Shown here piece after piece: positions 28,465 to 38,937 of a stretch of DNA of 64,000 nt. Every line of letters begins with the position of its first letter. Within the stretch, counting starts at the first letter, position 1. Under the pieces are notes generated by a model that ran no database searches, had not been told where the DNA came from, and saw only the letters and a program-made list of their open reading frames with translations. Source of the DNA: a virus; the IMG/VR virus record IMGVR_UViG_3300021976_000010, positions 12,975 through 76,974 of that record. One strand, 5' to 3'. A program made the position numbers and the translations under genes.

Positions 28465-29358
28465 ATGGCGAAGGCAAGTGTGCAGACAGGCAAGAAGACC
28501 GCAGCTCCACCGCCGAAAGGCAAGGCGGTAGCCGTGGCGGACAAGAAGAAAGCGGGCGCTGTCACCGAGGCCGCCAGCGACGACGTTCTTGCTCTTATGC
28601 GGAAGAACGCTGGCAAGGGTGTTTCGACGGCGATGGAAGACAACGTCGTACCGCTCGTATACATCTTGCAGGCTCTGTCGCCGCAGGTGCAGCGGAAAAA
28701 GGAGGAGTACATCGACGGCGCCGAAGCGGGCATGATCTGGTTCCGCGGCACCAAAGACGTGGTCGCCGGCGAGGAAGGCATTCCGGTGGTCCTGTGCCAC
28801 TGGAACAAGTGCTGGATCGAGTGGCTCCCTGATCGCGGTGGTTATGTTGGCCGTCATGCCGAGCGTCCCGAGGCCGCAACGCTGGTCACTGACGCGCAGA
28901 ACCCGAAGAAAAAGTTCTGGCGCATGCCCAACGGCAACACCGTCGTCGAGACACGCGAGCACGTTGTTCTCGTTCTCGATGTCTTCGATCGACCAACTCC
29001 GTTCGTCATCCCGATGAGCGGCAGCAACCATCAGTCGTCCAAGGAGTGGATGACTGCGGCCAATCGCAAGATCATCCCGGGCACGGACCTCAAGGCACCG
29101 CTGTACGGCTACATCTACCGCATGAAGCTGAAGTTCCGCACCAATGATCAAGGTGACTGGTTCATGTGGGACATCCAGGACGAGAACGGTGAACCCACTA
29201 TCCTCACCGATTTCGCCACCATGCAGCTCGCCAATCAGATGTCGGATGACTTCGAGAAGGGCGCGTTGCGGGCGGACAACATGACGAGCGATCAGGTTGA
29301 CGACACCGCGAACGCTGGCGGTGGAAAGGGCGGCGCGAAGGCGAAAGAGCACATCTAG
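28465..29358 (+). CDS. Putative ssDNA-binding / annealing protein
   Basis: P..YILQALSPQV.....YIDGAEAG and N.QG.WF.W motifs with an acidic tail; function inferred from context. Confidence 0.6.
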   Translation: MAKASVQTGKKTAAPPPKGKAVAVADKKKAGAVTEAASDDVLALMRKNAGKGVSTAMEDNVVPLVYILQALSPQVQRKKEEYIDGAEAGMIWFRGTKDVVAGEEGIPVVLCHWNKCWIEWLPDRGGYVGRHAERPEAATLVTDAQNPKKKFWRMPNGNTVVETREHVVLVLDVFDRPTPFVIPMSGSNHQSSKEWMTAANRKIIPGTDLKAPLYGYIYRMKLKFRTNDQGDWFMWDIQDENGEPTILTDFATMQLANQMSDDFEKGALRADNMTSDQVDDTANAGGGKGGAKAKEHI

Positions 29359-29377
29359 GCACTTTCGCTCGCTCCAC

Positions 29378-29412
29378 GGGGCCGCTGTAACAGGCGGCCC
29401 CTCCTCTTTCTC
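29378..29412 (+). terminator. Probable terminator hairpin
   Basis: GGGGCCGC...GCGGCCCC followed by a pyrimidine run. Confidence 0.5.
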
Positions 29413-29420
29413 ACTGTGGA

Positions 29421-31049
29421 ATGCCAATGACACCGCTTAAACGACTAATGGCGCTGTTCGAGGGCAACGATACTCACTACGGGACGCATGGCCAGCCGAG
29501 TCGCGATCCGACAGGCGAGTCTCTCAAGTGGGTCATCAAGCCGACAGCCAAGACCCTCAAGGGGCCGACGACGGAGTCAATGTGGACGGCACATATCGAG
29601 GGAAAGAAACCGCTCGGCGTGGTGCCAATTCGCACTGACGACACCACCATATGGGGCAGCATTGACTACGACGTCTATGGGCAGGACCTCACCGATCTCA
29701 TCAAGAAGGTGGAGGCCGCAAAGTTTCCGCTCGTGCCCGGGCGCTCGAAGTCCGGCGGCCTGCATCTGTTCTGCTTCACGACCGAGCCGGTGCCAGCCAA
29801 GCAGATGCAGGAGGTTCTTCGCGATCTGGCCGCCGCGCTGGGCATTGCGGGCAGCGAGATATTCCCGAAGCAGAGCACGCTGCTCACCGATCGAGGCGAT
29901 CAGGGCTCGTGGATGATCATGCCGTATTTCGGCGACACCTACGACGGCAAGCTGGAGCGACAGGTTGGTCTGCGCAAGAACGGCAGCGAGATCGGCCTTC
30001 CCGAGTTCGTGCGCATCGCGGAGAAAATGCGCGTCTCGGCAGCTCAACTCGACGAGATCAAGATTCGCAACATCGCGGCTTCCCCCGGCTCCAAGCTCAA
30101 CGGGAAGGCCAAGGGTGGCAAGAAGCGGGGGAGCGCTGATGATCCGAGCATACCGTTCGGCGACGGACCGCCGTGTCTCGTGCACCTAATCGCAGACGGC
30201 GGCATCAAGCAGGGCGGCCAGAACAACACTCTCTTTCACATGGGCGTGTACTTCAAGAAGAAATTTCCCGAGGGATGGGAGGCTGAACTTGAGCGAGCGA
30301 ACGTGCTGTACTGCAATCCTCCTCATCCTGAGCAGGGCATGTCGTCCATCATCAAGAGCCTGCGCAAGAAGGACTACGAGTACAAGTGCAAGGACGAGCC
30401 GATGCGTTCGCACTGCGACAGCATACTGTGTCGTCGCAAGAAGCACGGGGTTACGGGCGGCAGCGGCGCAATCATGCCGACGATAACGTCGATAAAGAAG
30501 ATGAACTCTGATCCGCCGGTGTGGTTTCTGGACGTGGAGGGTGTCAAGATCGAGTGTTCGACGGATGACCTGCAAGACTGGCGTCGCTTTCAGAAGCTGC
30601 TCATCAACAACCTTCACAACCCGTTCGGAGTAATACCGCAAGCCGAGTGGCTGTTCACCATTCAGGAGGCCCTGTCGCGTATGACCGAGACGATCGAGGT
30701 CGGCGAGGACGCGGGTGCCAAGGGTGAGTTTCACGAGCTTCTCGAGACGTACCTCACCAACCGACAGCGCGGGCTCAAGGAGGAAGATCTCCTGTCTGGG
30801 CGGCCATGGGAGAATCCTGAGGACGGCAGGTATTATTTCTCGCTAGGCAGGTTGTCGCGCTTTCTCGAGCGAGAGGGGCTGAAGGGACTGAACAAGCCAC
30901 AGATCGTGTCGCGTATTCACGATCTCGGCGGCAACCATGCAACGCGGGTGATAAAGAACAAGAAGCTAAATCTACACTGGATTCCGGCGAACGTGGTGCA
31001 GGCCACGCCGTCGGTTAGCACGCCGACTCTCAATGAGCGGCCCATCTGA
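29421..31049 (+). CDS. Archaeo-eukaryotic-type primase with PriCT-like domain
   Basis: WGSIDYD, RSKSGGLHL, EIFPKQ, PYF and PPCL...GGQNN.LF motifs. Confidence 0.8.
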   Translation: MPMTPLKRLMALFEGNDTHYGTHGQPSRDPTGESLKWVIKPTAKTLKGPTTESMWTAHIEGKKPLGVVPIRTDDTTIWGSIDYDVYGQDLTDLIKKVEAAKFPLVPGRSKSGGLHLFCFTTEPVPAKQMQEVLRDLAAALGIAGSEIFPKQSTLLTDRGDQGSWMIMPYFGDTYDGKLERQVGLRKNGSEIGLPEFVRIAEKMRVSAAQLDEIKIRNIAASPGSKLNGKAKGGKKRGSADDPSIPFGDGPPCLVHLIADGGIKQGGQNNTLFHMGVYFKKKFPEGWEAELERANVLYCNPPHPEQGMSSIIKSLRKKDYEYKCKDEPMRSHCDSILCRRKKHGVTGGSGAIMPTITSIKKMNSDPPVWFLDVEGVKIECSTDDLQDWRRFQKLLINNLHNPFGVIPQAEWLFTIQEALSRMTETIEVGEDAGAKGEFHELLETYLTNRQRGLKEEDLLSGRPWENPEDGRYYFSLGRLSRFLEREGLKGLNKPQIVSRIHDLGGNHATRVIKNKKLNLHWIPANVVQATPSVSTPTLNERPI

Positions 31050-31064
31050 GGAAAGGACTGTGGA

Positions 31065-31649
31065 ATGTCTAGAGAATATCTGGGTGACGAGGTGCACATG
31101 CTCACCTCGGACATCGCGATACTGCGCAACGAGAATGAGTTGCTCAAGATGGTCAGTGAGCGCAAAGCGGAGGAGAACCGCATTCTACGCGAAGAGCTCA
31201 TGAGTCTTCGCGTCGCATATGAGGAGAGGGTCACCGAAGTCGCAGCGATCCGAACCTGCCTCGAGAGCGTCGGTCTCAATATCACGAGTACGCTCCAGCG
31301 GTACATGGAACGTCGCGCACTAAAGAAAGAGACCTTGGCCACAAACACAGAGCCACCACCCAAGGAGCGAGAGTTCAGGCACCACGCAGCGGTCACGTTC
31401 AAGGAACCAGAGCTCACCGCGCCACGCTCGCGACCGCTGGCGGACGAGGTCACGCGCACCTTACCGCCCGCCGCCCGCGTGCCCGTGGCGCGCACCGATG
31501 AACCGGTTCCGCCCGCGCCCGCATTCCTGCGCGCGGGCGGCATGCGCAACGACATTGTTGACAGTCGGCTGCCGAAAGCCGATATCGTCAGTGACGACGA
31601 TGAGATGCGCAACATGCACGAGAGTCTTGATAGCAGGAGGAAGGCATGA
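31065..31649 (+). CDS. Coiled-coil hypothetical protein
   Basis: ORF with AAGGA RBS, coupled to the NUDIX gene. Confidence 0.55.
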   Translation: MSREYLGDEVHMLTSDIAILRNENELLKMVSERKAEENRILREELMSLRVAYEERVTEVAAIRTCLESVGLNITSTLQRYMERRALKKETLATNTEPPPKEREFRHHAAVTFKEPELTAPRSRPLADEVTRTLPPAARVPVARTDEPVPPAPAFLRAGGMRNDIVDSRLPKADIVSDDDEMRNMHESLDSRRKA

Positions 31650-32095
31650 GCGAGGAGCACCGGAAGTATGTCGCCGGTTTCCTGTTTCTCAGGGGTCGGG
31701 TCTTGCTCGTGCGCAAGACTCACCCTAAGTGGCAGGCCGGTATGATGAACGCCGTCGGCGGTGAGATCGAGGGAATCGAAAGCCCACGCGACGCGATGGT
31801 GCGTGAGTTCAATGAGGAGGCGAGGCTGCTCACCACCGACTGGTTTCAGTTCGCGTCTGAACACGGCCCGGGCTACGAGGTGCACTTCTTCAGACACGCG
31901 CTTTCAAACGACTCGTCATACAGGCCGCCGAGAGAAAATGACAAGGGTGAGGAGCTAGAGTGGTGCGACCCGAACGGTGTCAAGTATCCCGTCATCGGCA
32001 ATCTGCACTGGCTCCTTCCACTGGCAGAGGATCCGCGCCCGATCCACTGCATGGTTGAAACAACGGGCGACATAAGGAAACTGGTAACATGGTAA
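31646..32095 (+). CDS. NUDIX hydrolase
   Basis: Nudix box GG.IE..ES...AMVREF.EE. Confidence 0.88.
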   Translation: MSEEHRKYVAGFLFLRGRVLLVRKTHPKWQAGMMNAVGGEIEGIESPRDAMVREFNEEARLLTTDWFQFASEHGPGYEVHFFRHALSNDSSYRPPRENDKGEELEWCDPNGVKYPVIGNLHWLLPLAEDPRPIHCMVETTGDIRKLVTW

Positions 32096-32550
32096 AGACG
32101 CAGGGACCGCAGGGCTGGATCGCGGTCGATTGGGACGGGACGGTCGTGGAGTACCACGGCTGGACCAAGTGGAACGAGTTCGGTCCACCTATCATACCGA
32201 TGGTGGACCGTATCAAGCAGTGGCTCGCCGAGGGCAAGGACGTGCGCATTTTCACGGCGCGCGTTGGCCTGCCTCACGAGGACACCAAGGAGGAGACGTG
32301 CTTCAAGACCGGCGAGAAATTCACGAGCGTCATGATGAAGCACGCCATCGCGTCGCACTGTGAGAAGATCATCGGTCAGCGCCTGCGGGTGCAGTGCTAC
32401 AAGGACCTCCACACGATCGAGATATGGGATGATCGGGCGGTCGGCGTGGTCGCGAACACCGGGCGGACGCTGGTTGAGGCGGGTATCGCCGAAGCCGTTG
32501 CGCGACACGGCAAGACGTGGCTCGCAGATGAAACCGACGGGAGAGACTGA
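32089..32550 (+). CDS. HAD-superfamily phosphatase
   Basis: IAVDWDGT, IFTAR and WDDRA motifs. Confidence 0.85.
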   Translation: MVKTQGPQGWIAVDWDGTVVEYHGWTKWNEFGPPIIPMVDRIKQWLAEGKDVRIFTARVGLPHEDTKEETCFKTGEKFTSVMMKHAIASHCEKIIGQRLRVQCYKDLHTIEIWDDRAVGVVANTGRTLVEAGIAEAVARHGKTWLADETDGRD

Positions 32551-32834
32551 TGGGCTGGAAATACATAATGATCCAGAGCAAGCACGGCGACGTGACGTAC
32601 AACTGGCCAATCATCTTTCCGGACAAGATGATTCACAGCGAAGTGGCAGGTTGCGCGCGCATGATGGTGCCTGTCAAGGGTTCTGTCACGGGCATCGTGT
32701 CGGCTGGCAAGATCGAGCATCTCGAGGTCAACGGGCTGGGCGGCGACAGCGAGACACTCAGTCTTGACTCGCGGCCCGAGCAGGACAGTGCAATCATCGA
32801 GATGTACAGCTATCTGCATGGGATCGAAACATGA
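32550..32834 (+). CDS. Hypothetical phage protein
   Basis: TGATG coupling; PIIFP...H...A, VSAG and G.SETL motifs. Confidence 0.6.
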   Translation: MGWKYIMIQSKHGDVTYNWPIIFPDKMIHSEVAGCARMMVPVKGSVTGIVSAGKIEHLEVNGLGGDSETLSLDSRPEQDSAIIEMYSYLHGIET

Positions 32835-34393
32835 GCTTCTACCCAGACATCATGCTCGGTCCACCGGGCACCGGCAAGACGACCACGCTCCTCAATATCC
32901 TTGATGAGGAGCTGACGAAGGGGACGAAGCCGAATCGTATCGGCTACGTCTCGTTCACGCAGCGGGCCGCCGACGAGGCACGCACGCGCGCCATGAAACG
33001 GTTCAACCTCGAGAAGGACGACCTGCCGTACTTCCAGACCATCCACAGTCTGTGCTTTCGTCAGCTCGGCCTTCGCAGCGCCATGGTGCTCGCAGGCACC
33101 AAGCTGAACGAGTTTGCGGACTGGTGCGGCATACGCGTGACCGGGCGCGCGTGGTCGAGCGACGGGACCATGTCGCAGTTCGAGGCTGGTGACCGCATAC
33201 TATTCATGGAGAACCTGTCTAGGGTGCGAGGTGTCGAACTACGAACGCTCTTTAATGAGGACGACGATGAACAGTCGTGGGAAGAAGTGGACCGCGTTGC
33301 CCGGGCGCTGGCCAAGTACAAAAAGGAGCATCACCTCGTAGACTACACCGACATGCTCTCGCAGTTCGTCAGGAGCGGCATCAAGCTCAACCTCGACGTA
33401 CTGCTCGTCGACGAGGCGCAGGATCTCAGCTTTCTTCAGTGGCGCGTGGTGTTCCAGCTTGCCAATGACTGTCGCCGCGTTGTCGTAGCAGGTGACGACG
33501 ATCAGGCCATCTACCGCTGGGCAGGGGCTGACGTCGAGCAGTTCATCAATCTCGAGGGCAATGTGTCGGTGCTCGGGCAGTCGTGGCGCTGCCCGCCGCA
33601 AATTCAGGACGTCAGCGCGGGCGTCATAGGTGGCGTGGTGCACAGGCGTACGAAAAAGTGGGAGCCGCGCAAGGGCAAGGGCGTGGTGGACAGGGTCGTG
33701 GACTTCGATGAAGCTGACGTCAACGACAAGTGGCGCGAAGATTCTGCCACGTCCCCCGTTCTCGTGCTCGCGAGGAACCAGTACATTCTTCAGGAGCACG
33801 TTGAACCGCTCCTGCGCGAGCGGGGGATTGTGTATGAGATGAACGGCAGATCGTCGATCCCGATGAAGGCGCTACAGGCGGCAGAGGCGTGGGAGTTGCT
33901 GAAGAAGGGCAAGAAGGTGTCGCTCGGTGACTGCCGGCTCATGTACGATATGATGAATCCGAAGAACAACGCGGGGCAGGCCGCTGTCAAGCACGGGTTC
34001 AAGGGTCTGCGGGGCTTCGGCGAGGATACCGAGTTGGCTCTCAGCATGCGCGACCTGATTCAGCACGGCGGGCTTCTCGTGAACACGAAGCTGTTATGGC
34101 ACGAAGCACTCGATCGCATGCCAGCCGATGATCTATCCTACATGCTGGCGGCACGGCGCAGGGGCGAGAAGCTGCGCAGTGCTCCGCGCGTGCGACTGAG
34201 CACTATTCACAGCGCCAAGGGTGCAGAGGCGGACCACGTTGTTCTCATGACCGAGATGGCGTGGCGTACTGCACGCGAGGCTGAACAGAATCCGGATGAT
34301 GAACGGCGTGTTTGGTACGTCGGCGTCACGAGGGCACGGCAGCGACTCACGATCGTGAGTTCGCAAACTCAAAACGAATGTCAATGGGTGTGA
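32831..34393 (+). CDS. UvrD/Rep-family (SF1) DNA helicase
   Basis: GPPGTGKT, TIHS, VDEAQD, GDDDQAIY, TIHSAKG.EAD and YVGVTRAR motifs. Confidence 0.95.
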   Translation: MSFYPDIMLGPPGTGKTTTLLNILDEELTKGTKPNRIGYVSFTQRAADEARTRAMKRFNLEKDDLPYFQTIHSLCFRQLGLRSAMVLAGTKLNEFADWCGIRVTGRAWSSDGTMSQFEAGDRILFMENLSRVRGVELRTLFNEDDDEQSWEEVDRVARALAKYKKEHHLVDYTDMLSQFVRSGIKLNLDVLLVDEAQDLSFLQWRVVFQLANDCRRVVVAGDDDQAIYRWAGADVEQFINLEGNVSVLGQSWRCPPQIQDVSAGVIGGVVHRRTKKWEPRKGKGVVDRVVDFDEADVNDKWREDSATSPVLVLARNQYILQEHVEPLLRERGIVYEMNGRSSIPMKALQAAEAWELLKKGKKVSLGDCRLMYDMMNPKNNAGQAAVKHGFKGLRGFGEDTELALSMRDLIQHGGLLVNTKLLWHEALDRMPADDLSYMLAARRRGEKLRSAPRVRLSTIHSAKGAEADHVVLMTEMAWRTAREAEQNPDDERRVWYVGVTRARQRLTIVSSQTQNECQWV

Positions 34394-34394
34394 T

Positions 34395-34937
34395 ATGCAA
34401 GACGTGATGGTTGATATGGAAACATGGGGTAAGCGCCCGGGCTGCATGATGCGCAGTCTTGGCGCGGTGTTCTTCGATCCCGAGACCGGGGCACTCGGTG
34501 ACGAGTTCTACTGCAACATCAGCGACGCATCGTGCAAGAAGCTGAAGATGCACAAGGACCCGGACACCGTGGAGTGGTGGGGAAAACCAGACATGGCACT
34601 CGCAAACAAGCAACTCGCCGAGGGGCAGGAGCCTATCGACGAGGTCCTGAAGAAGTTCAACGCCTTCTGGCGTGCGGGCAAGGGCATTCACTTCTGGTCG
34701 CAGGGTCTGAACTTCGACGAGCCTCTGCTGAGCTGGGCATATCACGCGGCCGGATGGCAGGATAAACCCTGGAACTTCAGCAAGGCGCAGGACACGCGAA
34801 CAGCGTACAGGTTGGCACAGTTCAACCCGTACAATATCAAGCGCAACGGCACCTATCACAACGCGCTCGACGACGCCAAGCATCAGGTCGTATGTGTTTC
34901 GATGGCAGTGCGCAAGATTCGGGGCAAGCTGGTATGA
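34395..34937 (+). CDS. DEDDh 3'-5' exonuclease
   Basis: VMVDMET, NFD, DTRT and HNALDDA motifs. Confidence 0.9.
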   Translation: MQDVMVDMETWGKRPGCMMRSLGAVFFDPETGALGDEFYCNISDASCKKLKMHKDPDTVEWWGKPDMALANKQLAEGQEPIDEVLKKFNAFWRAGKGIHFWSQGLNFDEPLLSWAYHAAGWQDKPWNFSKAQDTRTAYRLAQFNPYNIKRNGTYHNALDDAKHQVVCVSMAVRKIRGKLV

Positions 34938-35102
34938 GGCGCTCACCTGCAGAAGGTGGAATCATGAACGGCGGCCCATTGTCGGGCCGCCGTATGGCGT
35001 GGGGCGGGCCTGTCATGCCGATGCACGATGATACGGGCCTTGTCATTGGTGCATACTTCTGGATCGAGGATCACTGGGAGTATGAAGCGGAGAGGAGAGG
35101 AA

Positions 35103-35546
35103 ATGAACACCAAGAATGAACAGGACGCCTTGCTCAGCCAGTGTCTGGTGGAATTGGGATTTCGGTTGTTCACCGTTCCATCAATGCTTTCTACGGACAC
35201 GAACATGCAATACTATGTCGTCTATCCTGCTGTCGAATTTTATATGCACACGAACGGTGATGTATTCGTGTACGACCAGAGTAGACCATGGGATAGTCTA
35301 GCCGTGTCTTTCTGGCATAAGACAACGACCCGGCATGTTCACAGCGCAGTGCGCACGTGTCGAATGAGCTATCTAGGCTATCTTGATAGAATGCGGCGAC
35401 GTCGTGCATCTGGGAGCAGTCAGCGTCGAACGCAGGCGATAGCGTATTACAAGTTGGAACGTGAACTAAGAAGATTCACTGGAGAAAAGGCTATGACAAC
35501 CGCAGAGCTGCGCAAGTTTGAAAGGGATGCAGACGATGCCGCGTAA
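35103..35546 (+). CDS. Hypothetical protein (visibly more AT-rich segment)
   Basis: GAGGAGAGG RBS before the ATG at 35103. Confidence 0.5.
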   Translation: MNTKNEQDALLSQCLVELGFRLFTVPSMLSTDTNMQYYVVYPAVEFYMHTNGDVFVYDQSRPWDSLAVSFWHKTTTRHVHSAVRTCRMSYLGYLDRMRRRRASGSSQRRTQAIAYYKLERELRRFTGEKAMTTAELRKFERDADDAA

Positions 35547-35697
35547 CTGCTCAAAGTGCGACGCTCTCATGGAGCAGCAAGAGGACGACCCATCAGTCGG
35601 TATCACTGGCTGCTGGACATGTACCAACTGTGACCACGTCGAGCCTCTCGAGGACGACGATCACTATCTCGACGATTGCTCAAGGGAGGACAGGTGA
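35536..35697 (+). CDS. Small zinc-ribbon protein (53 aa, absent from the ORF track)
   Basis: MPRNCSKC...WTCTNC; ends in a TGATG overlap with the next gene. Confidence 0.55.
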   Translation: MPRNCSKCDALMEQQEDDPSVGITGCWTCTNCDHVEPLEDDDHYLDDCSREDR

Positions 35698-36689
35698 TGT
35701 CTAGACGAGTTACCAAGGCACAGCAGAAGGGACTCGACGCGTTCTTCGAGTACGCGCGCAAGCGTCATCTGTGCTATATCATGAAGAACGCAGACCCAAG
35801 CTGGAAGATCGACGACGATATTCTCAGTCACTTCAGTTTCTGCAACGTGTTTCGCGAGCTCGACAAGACCACCATCTGGTTTGCCGAGAACGTGCGCAAG
35901 CCGCTCGACAAGGAGAAGCACCCGGGCCTGATACTGGCCACGGTGCTGTTTCGCATGTTCAACCGGATCGAGACCGGCGAGGCCATGTTCTGCGATGATA
36001 ATCTGCTTGGCGACGCCAGCGCGTTTCACGAGTTCTACGCGACCGGCAAGACCGCACCGCTGCGCAGGGCCATCATCAACCGGCTCGGCAAGAAGGGACC
36101 ATATGTCACGGGCTCGTACATCATCGCAGGCCCGGGCGGCATGTCGAAGCTCGACGGCATGCTAAAGGTGGTCAAGGACTTCCATGACTCGACGGCCGAG
36201 TTAGACCTTGTCCAGTCCGACTGGACACTCGCCAACGAACGTATGGAGCTACACAAGTTCTCACTCCAGCAGGCGCATTCGTGGCTTCGTCAGTTCAGCT
36301 TCATGGGCACGTTCCACGCATACGAGATAGTCACCGATCTGCGGTGGACACACCTGCTTCGCCGCGCCCCCGATATCCATTCGTGGGCGAATCCAGGCCC
36401 GGGGTGCAGGCGGGGGTTGAACGTGCTCATGGGTCGTGATAAGGACGCGCGGGAGTGGACAAACAACGATGAGCTGCTCAACGAGATGAACATAATTCTT
36501 GAGGAGTCGACGACGAAACGGCAATGGCAGGCGTTCGCCGGGCAGATGAATGCCAAGTATCCAAAGCTGAGTACACCATTCTCATGGGAAATGCGTGACG
36601 TCGAGCACACGCTATGCGAATTCGACAAGTACGAGCGAACGCGGCACGGTGAGGGCAGGCCGCGCGGACGTTATCGGGGACACGAGTAG
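35697..36689 (+). CDS. aGPT-Pplase1-family protein (HhH-glycosylase-like DNA hypermodification enzyme)
   Basis: FCNVFRELDK.T, LFR.FN..ET, G.F.AYE...D, GPGC.RGL and VEH.LCEFDKY motifs. Confidence 0.85.
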   Translation: MSRRVTKAQQKGLDAFFEYARKRHLCYIMKNADPSWKIDDDILSHFSFCNVFRELDKTTIWFAENVRKPLDKEKHPGLILATVLFRMFNRIETGEAMFCDDNLLGDASAFHEFYATGKTAPLRRAIINRLGKKGPYVTGSYIIAGPGGMSKLDGMLKVVKDFHDSTAELDLVQSDWTLANERMELHKFSLQQAHSWLRQFSFMGTFHAYEIVTDLRWTHLLRRAPDIHSWANPGPGCRRGLNVLMGRDKDAREWTNNDELLNEMNIILEESTTKRQWQAFAGQMNAKYPKLSTPFSWEMRDVEHTLCEFDKYERTRHGEGRPRGRYRGHE

Positions 36690-36770
36690 CACAGGGAGTA
36701 GCGTCATGAGTTTCTATGGAGCACTGTTCATGGGTGTAGTCGTGATACACGTGGCCGCGAGGTACATCGC

Positions 36771-37073
36771 ATGAACGACACGCATGACCCGACGAACGCC
36801 ACGTTCTACGCGTTCAAGGGCTATAGCCTCAGCCGCAAATACTACACGCTCGGTCGAGGTCACCTATCGAAGACGGTGTTCGATCCGCGCACGCCTGACA
36901 GGCTCGCACAGATACTTCTCGACAATGACAATTGCTGGCCCGGTCTGTCTGGTCCGGGTGAGAGTTTCTTTCGCATCGTAATAGGTGACGAGTCTATCGA
37001 CCATGGGTATCCACTCATGTTCGACCCTTCACACGGAATGGTGTTTAACACCGAGTCAACCAAGGAGAAGTGA
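36771..37073 (+). CDS. Hypothetical protein
   Basis: GAGG RBS; overlaps the next gene. Confidence 0.5.
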   Translation: MNDTHDPTNATFYAFKGYSLSRKYYTLGRGHLSKTVFDPRTPDRLAQILLDNDNCWPGLSGPGESFFRIVIGDESIDHGYPLMFDPSHGMVFNTESTKEK

Positions 37074-37921
37074 CCATGCTGCCCATTTTCATACCGAGCA
37101 TGGACAGGGCGGGTGCCCTGTTCGGCAAGATTTCCACGCTCACGCAGATCAAGAAGGTGAAGAATGACGTTCACCTCGTCGTGCCACCGGATCAGGCCAC
37201 GCGCTACCGCAACGCGCTGTTCAACGCGGGTCGCGAGGACGTCGTGGTTCTCGAGTGTCCCGAGAAGGGCATCGCCAAGACGCGGCACTGGATCGGCATG
37301 CTGTGCAAGAAAAAGAAGTGGGACAAGTTCGCGATGTTCGACGACGATCTCAACTTCGCGGTGCGCAAGGACACCACTGGCAACGGGCTGCGCATTCAGG
37401 AGAACAAGGACGTCGTCGAGATGCTGGCGTGGATCGACAAGGCGCTCGACAAGTATGCGCATGTCGGCATATCGCCGCGTGATGCGGCCAAGACCGAGAG
37501 TGTTCAGACCGGTGACAGGCCGCTCATCCTGCTGAACAAGCGCACGCTGCGAACACTGTGCTACCGCACGGATGATTTCCTGTCGGTGAAGCACGGGCGC
37601 GTCGACGTCATGGAAGACTTCGACGTGAATCTGCAACTCATCGAGAAGGGACTGTGGAATGCTCAGACGTACTGGTGGACCAACGACCAGCGCCAGACGG
37701 GCAGCCCGGGCGGGTGTGCCAGCTATCGCAGTCACGAGGTTCACGAGGCCAGCGCCCGCAAACTGGCCGAGCTGCACGCGCCATTCGTCACGTTGCGCGA
37801 GAAGGTCAACAAGGCTCAGGTCGTTAAGTCCGCAGAGGCATTTCAGAAGCGCACCGAGGTCACCATCTACTGGGAAAAGTGCGCGATGAATGCGGGCTGG
37901 AAGAAGGGAGCGGCGAAGTGA
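37070..37921 (+). CDS. TAGT/GREB1-like GT-A glycosyltransferase (DNA-base glycosylating type)
   Basis: IFIPS..R, R..I, FDDDL, EDFDV.LQL...G and GGC motifs. Confidence 0.8.
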   Translation: MTMLPIFIPSMDRAGALFGKISTLTQIKKVKNDVHLVVPPDQATRYRNALFNAGREDVVVLECPEKGIAKTRHWIGMLCKKKKWDKFAMFDDDLNFAVRKDTTGNGLRIQENKDVVEMLAWIDKALDKYAHVGISPRDAAKTESVQTGDRPLILLNKRTLRTLCYRTDDFLSVKHGRVDVMEDFDVNLQLIEKGLWNAQTYWWTNDQRQTGSPGGCASYRSHEVHEASARKLAELHAPFVTLREKVNKAQVVKSAEAFQKRTEVTIYWEKCAMNAGWKKGAAK

Positions 37922-38937
37922 GCACCATCGCACTGTTCTTCTTTCGACCGACGCTAGGCGGCGGCTCGACCACGTTCACGGCACACCTGTACGAAGCGTT
38001 GAAGGCGGTTGGCGAAGACCCCATCATTCTGCGCGTCGGCAGGACGAGCAGCGGCAAGCGCAAGACGTTCGGCGAATATGCTGGCGTCGAGTACATGAAG
38101 GTGGACGTTGCCACGGCAAAGGAGTATGTCAAGAGCATGCCCACGCTGATGACAGCGCCTATCGGGGCCAAGGACCTGCCCGAGCCGGATCTCATTCAGC
38201 AGCTCATCGCGTTGGGAATGCGGGTGGTCATCCACGACCCCAACGAGTTTGACATCTTCGACTATCTCGAGGGCGGCAAGTTCAAGTTCAAGAGGCCGCC
38301 GTTCTGCATACGACCGACGATGCACCGCTTCTACCCAGAGGCGGTGTTCATCCATCACCCGTACAAGCCGGTGACTGCTGACATGAGAATCCAGCGCTCG
38401 AAGCTGGCCTGCTCAACAGCCCGCATCGCGTCGGTGAAGCGGTCGCGAATGCTGCTCGACGCGAACATGGAGGTGCCCAAGGTGCGTCGCATCGAGCTTC
38501 GCGGTGCGGAGTACAGGATGTACACCTACAATCTCATGAAGAAGTATCCACCGGAAATCTTCAAGCAGTCCGGCGGTGAGTTCCAGTTTCCAAAGTCATT
38601 CGAGGCACCTGTGCTCGTGGCCGCGGAATACGAACTCAACTTCGACATGACGCGCTTCCCTGACGACGGCGGCGGAACGCAGTACGCTCAGATGGAGGCG
38701 ATGAACGCGGGCACCGTCAACGTCATGCACGAAGATTGGTGGCGATTCGGCAAGGGCGAGATGGTCCCGGGCAAGCATGTCTTGACGGTCGATGGAATTT
38801 CTGCTATCATCGCTCTGCTGAAGAACCCACCGTCCAACCATAGGCGCGACGAAATCAACGCCAACTGCGCCACGCTGCTCAAGCGACACGCGCCGAAGCT
38901 CATCGGCGGTGCATACCTACAGGAGTTGAAGCGATGA
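37918..38937 (+). CDS. GT-B fold glycosyltransferase, paralog 1
   Basis: GG.TTFT, VIHDP.E, HPY, STAR...KR and DGGGTQY..MEA..AG motifs. Confidence 0.75.
   Translation: MSTIALFFFRPTLGGGSTTFTAHLYEALKAVGEDPIILRVGRTSSGKRKTFGEYAGVEYMKVDVATAKEYVKSMPTLMTAPIGAKDLPEPDLIQQLIALGMRVVIHDPNEFDIFDYLEGGKFKFKRPPFCIRPTMHRFYPEAVFIHHPYKPVTADMRIQRSKLACSTARIASVKRSRMLLDANMEVPKVRRIELRGAEYRMYTYNLMKKYPPEIFKQSGGEFQFPKSFEAPVLVAAEYELNFDMTRFPDDGGGTQYAQMEAMNAGTVNVMHEDWWRFGKGEMVPGKHVLTVDGISAIIALLKNPPSNHRRDEINANCATLLKRHAPKLIGGAYLQELKR

Noticed and set aside
37070-37921. TET/JBP-dependent modification system
   Set aside because: No 2OG-Fe(II) dioxygenase or C5 DNA methyltransferase is recognisable in the window.
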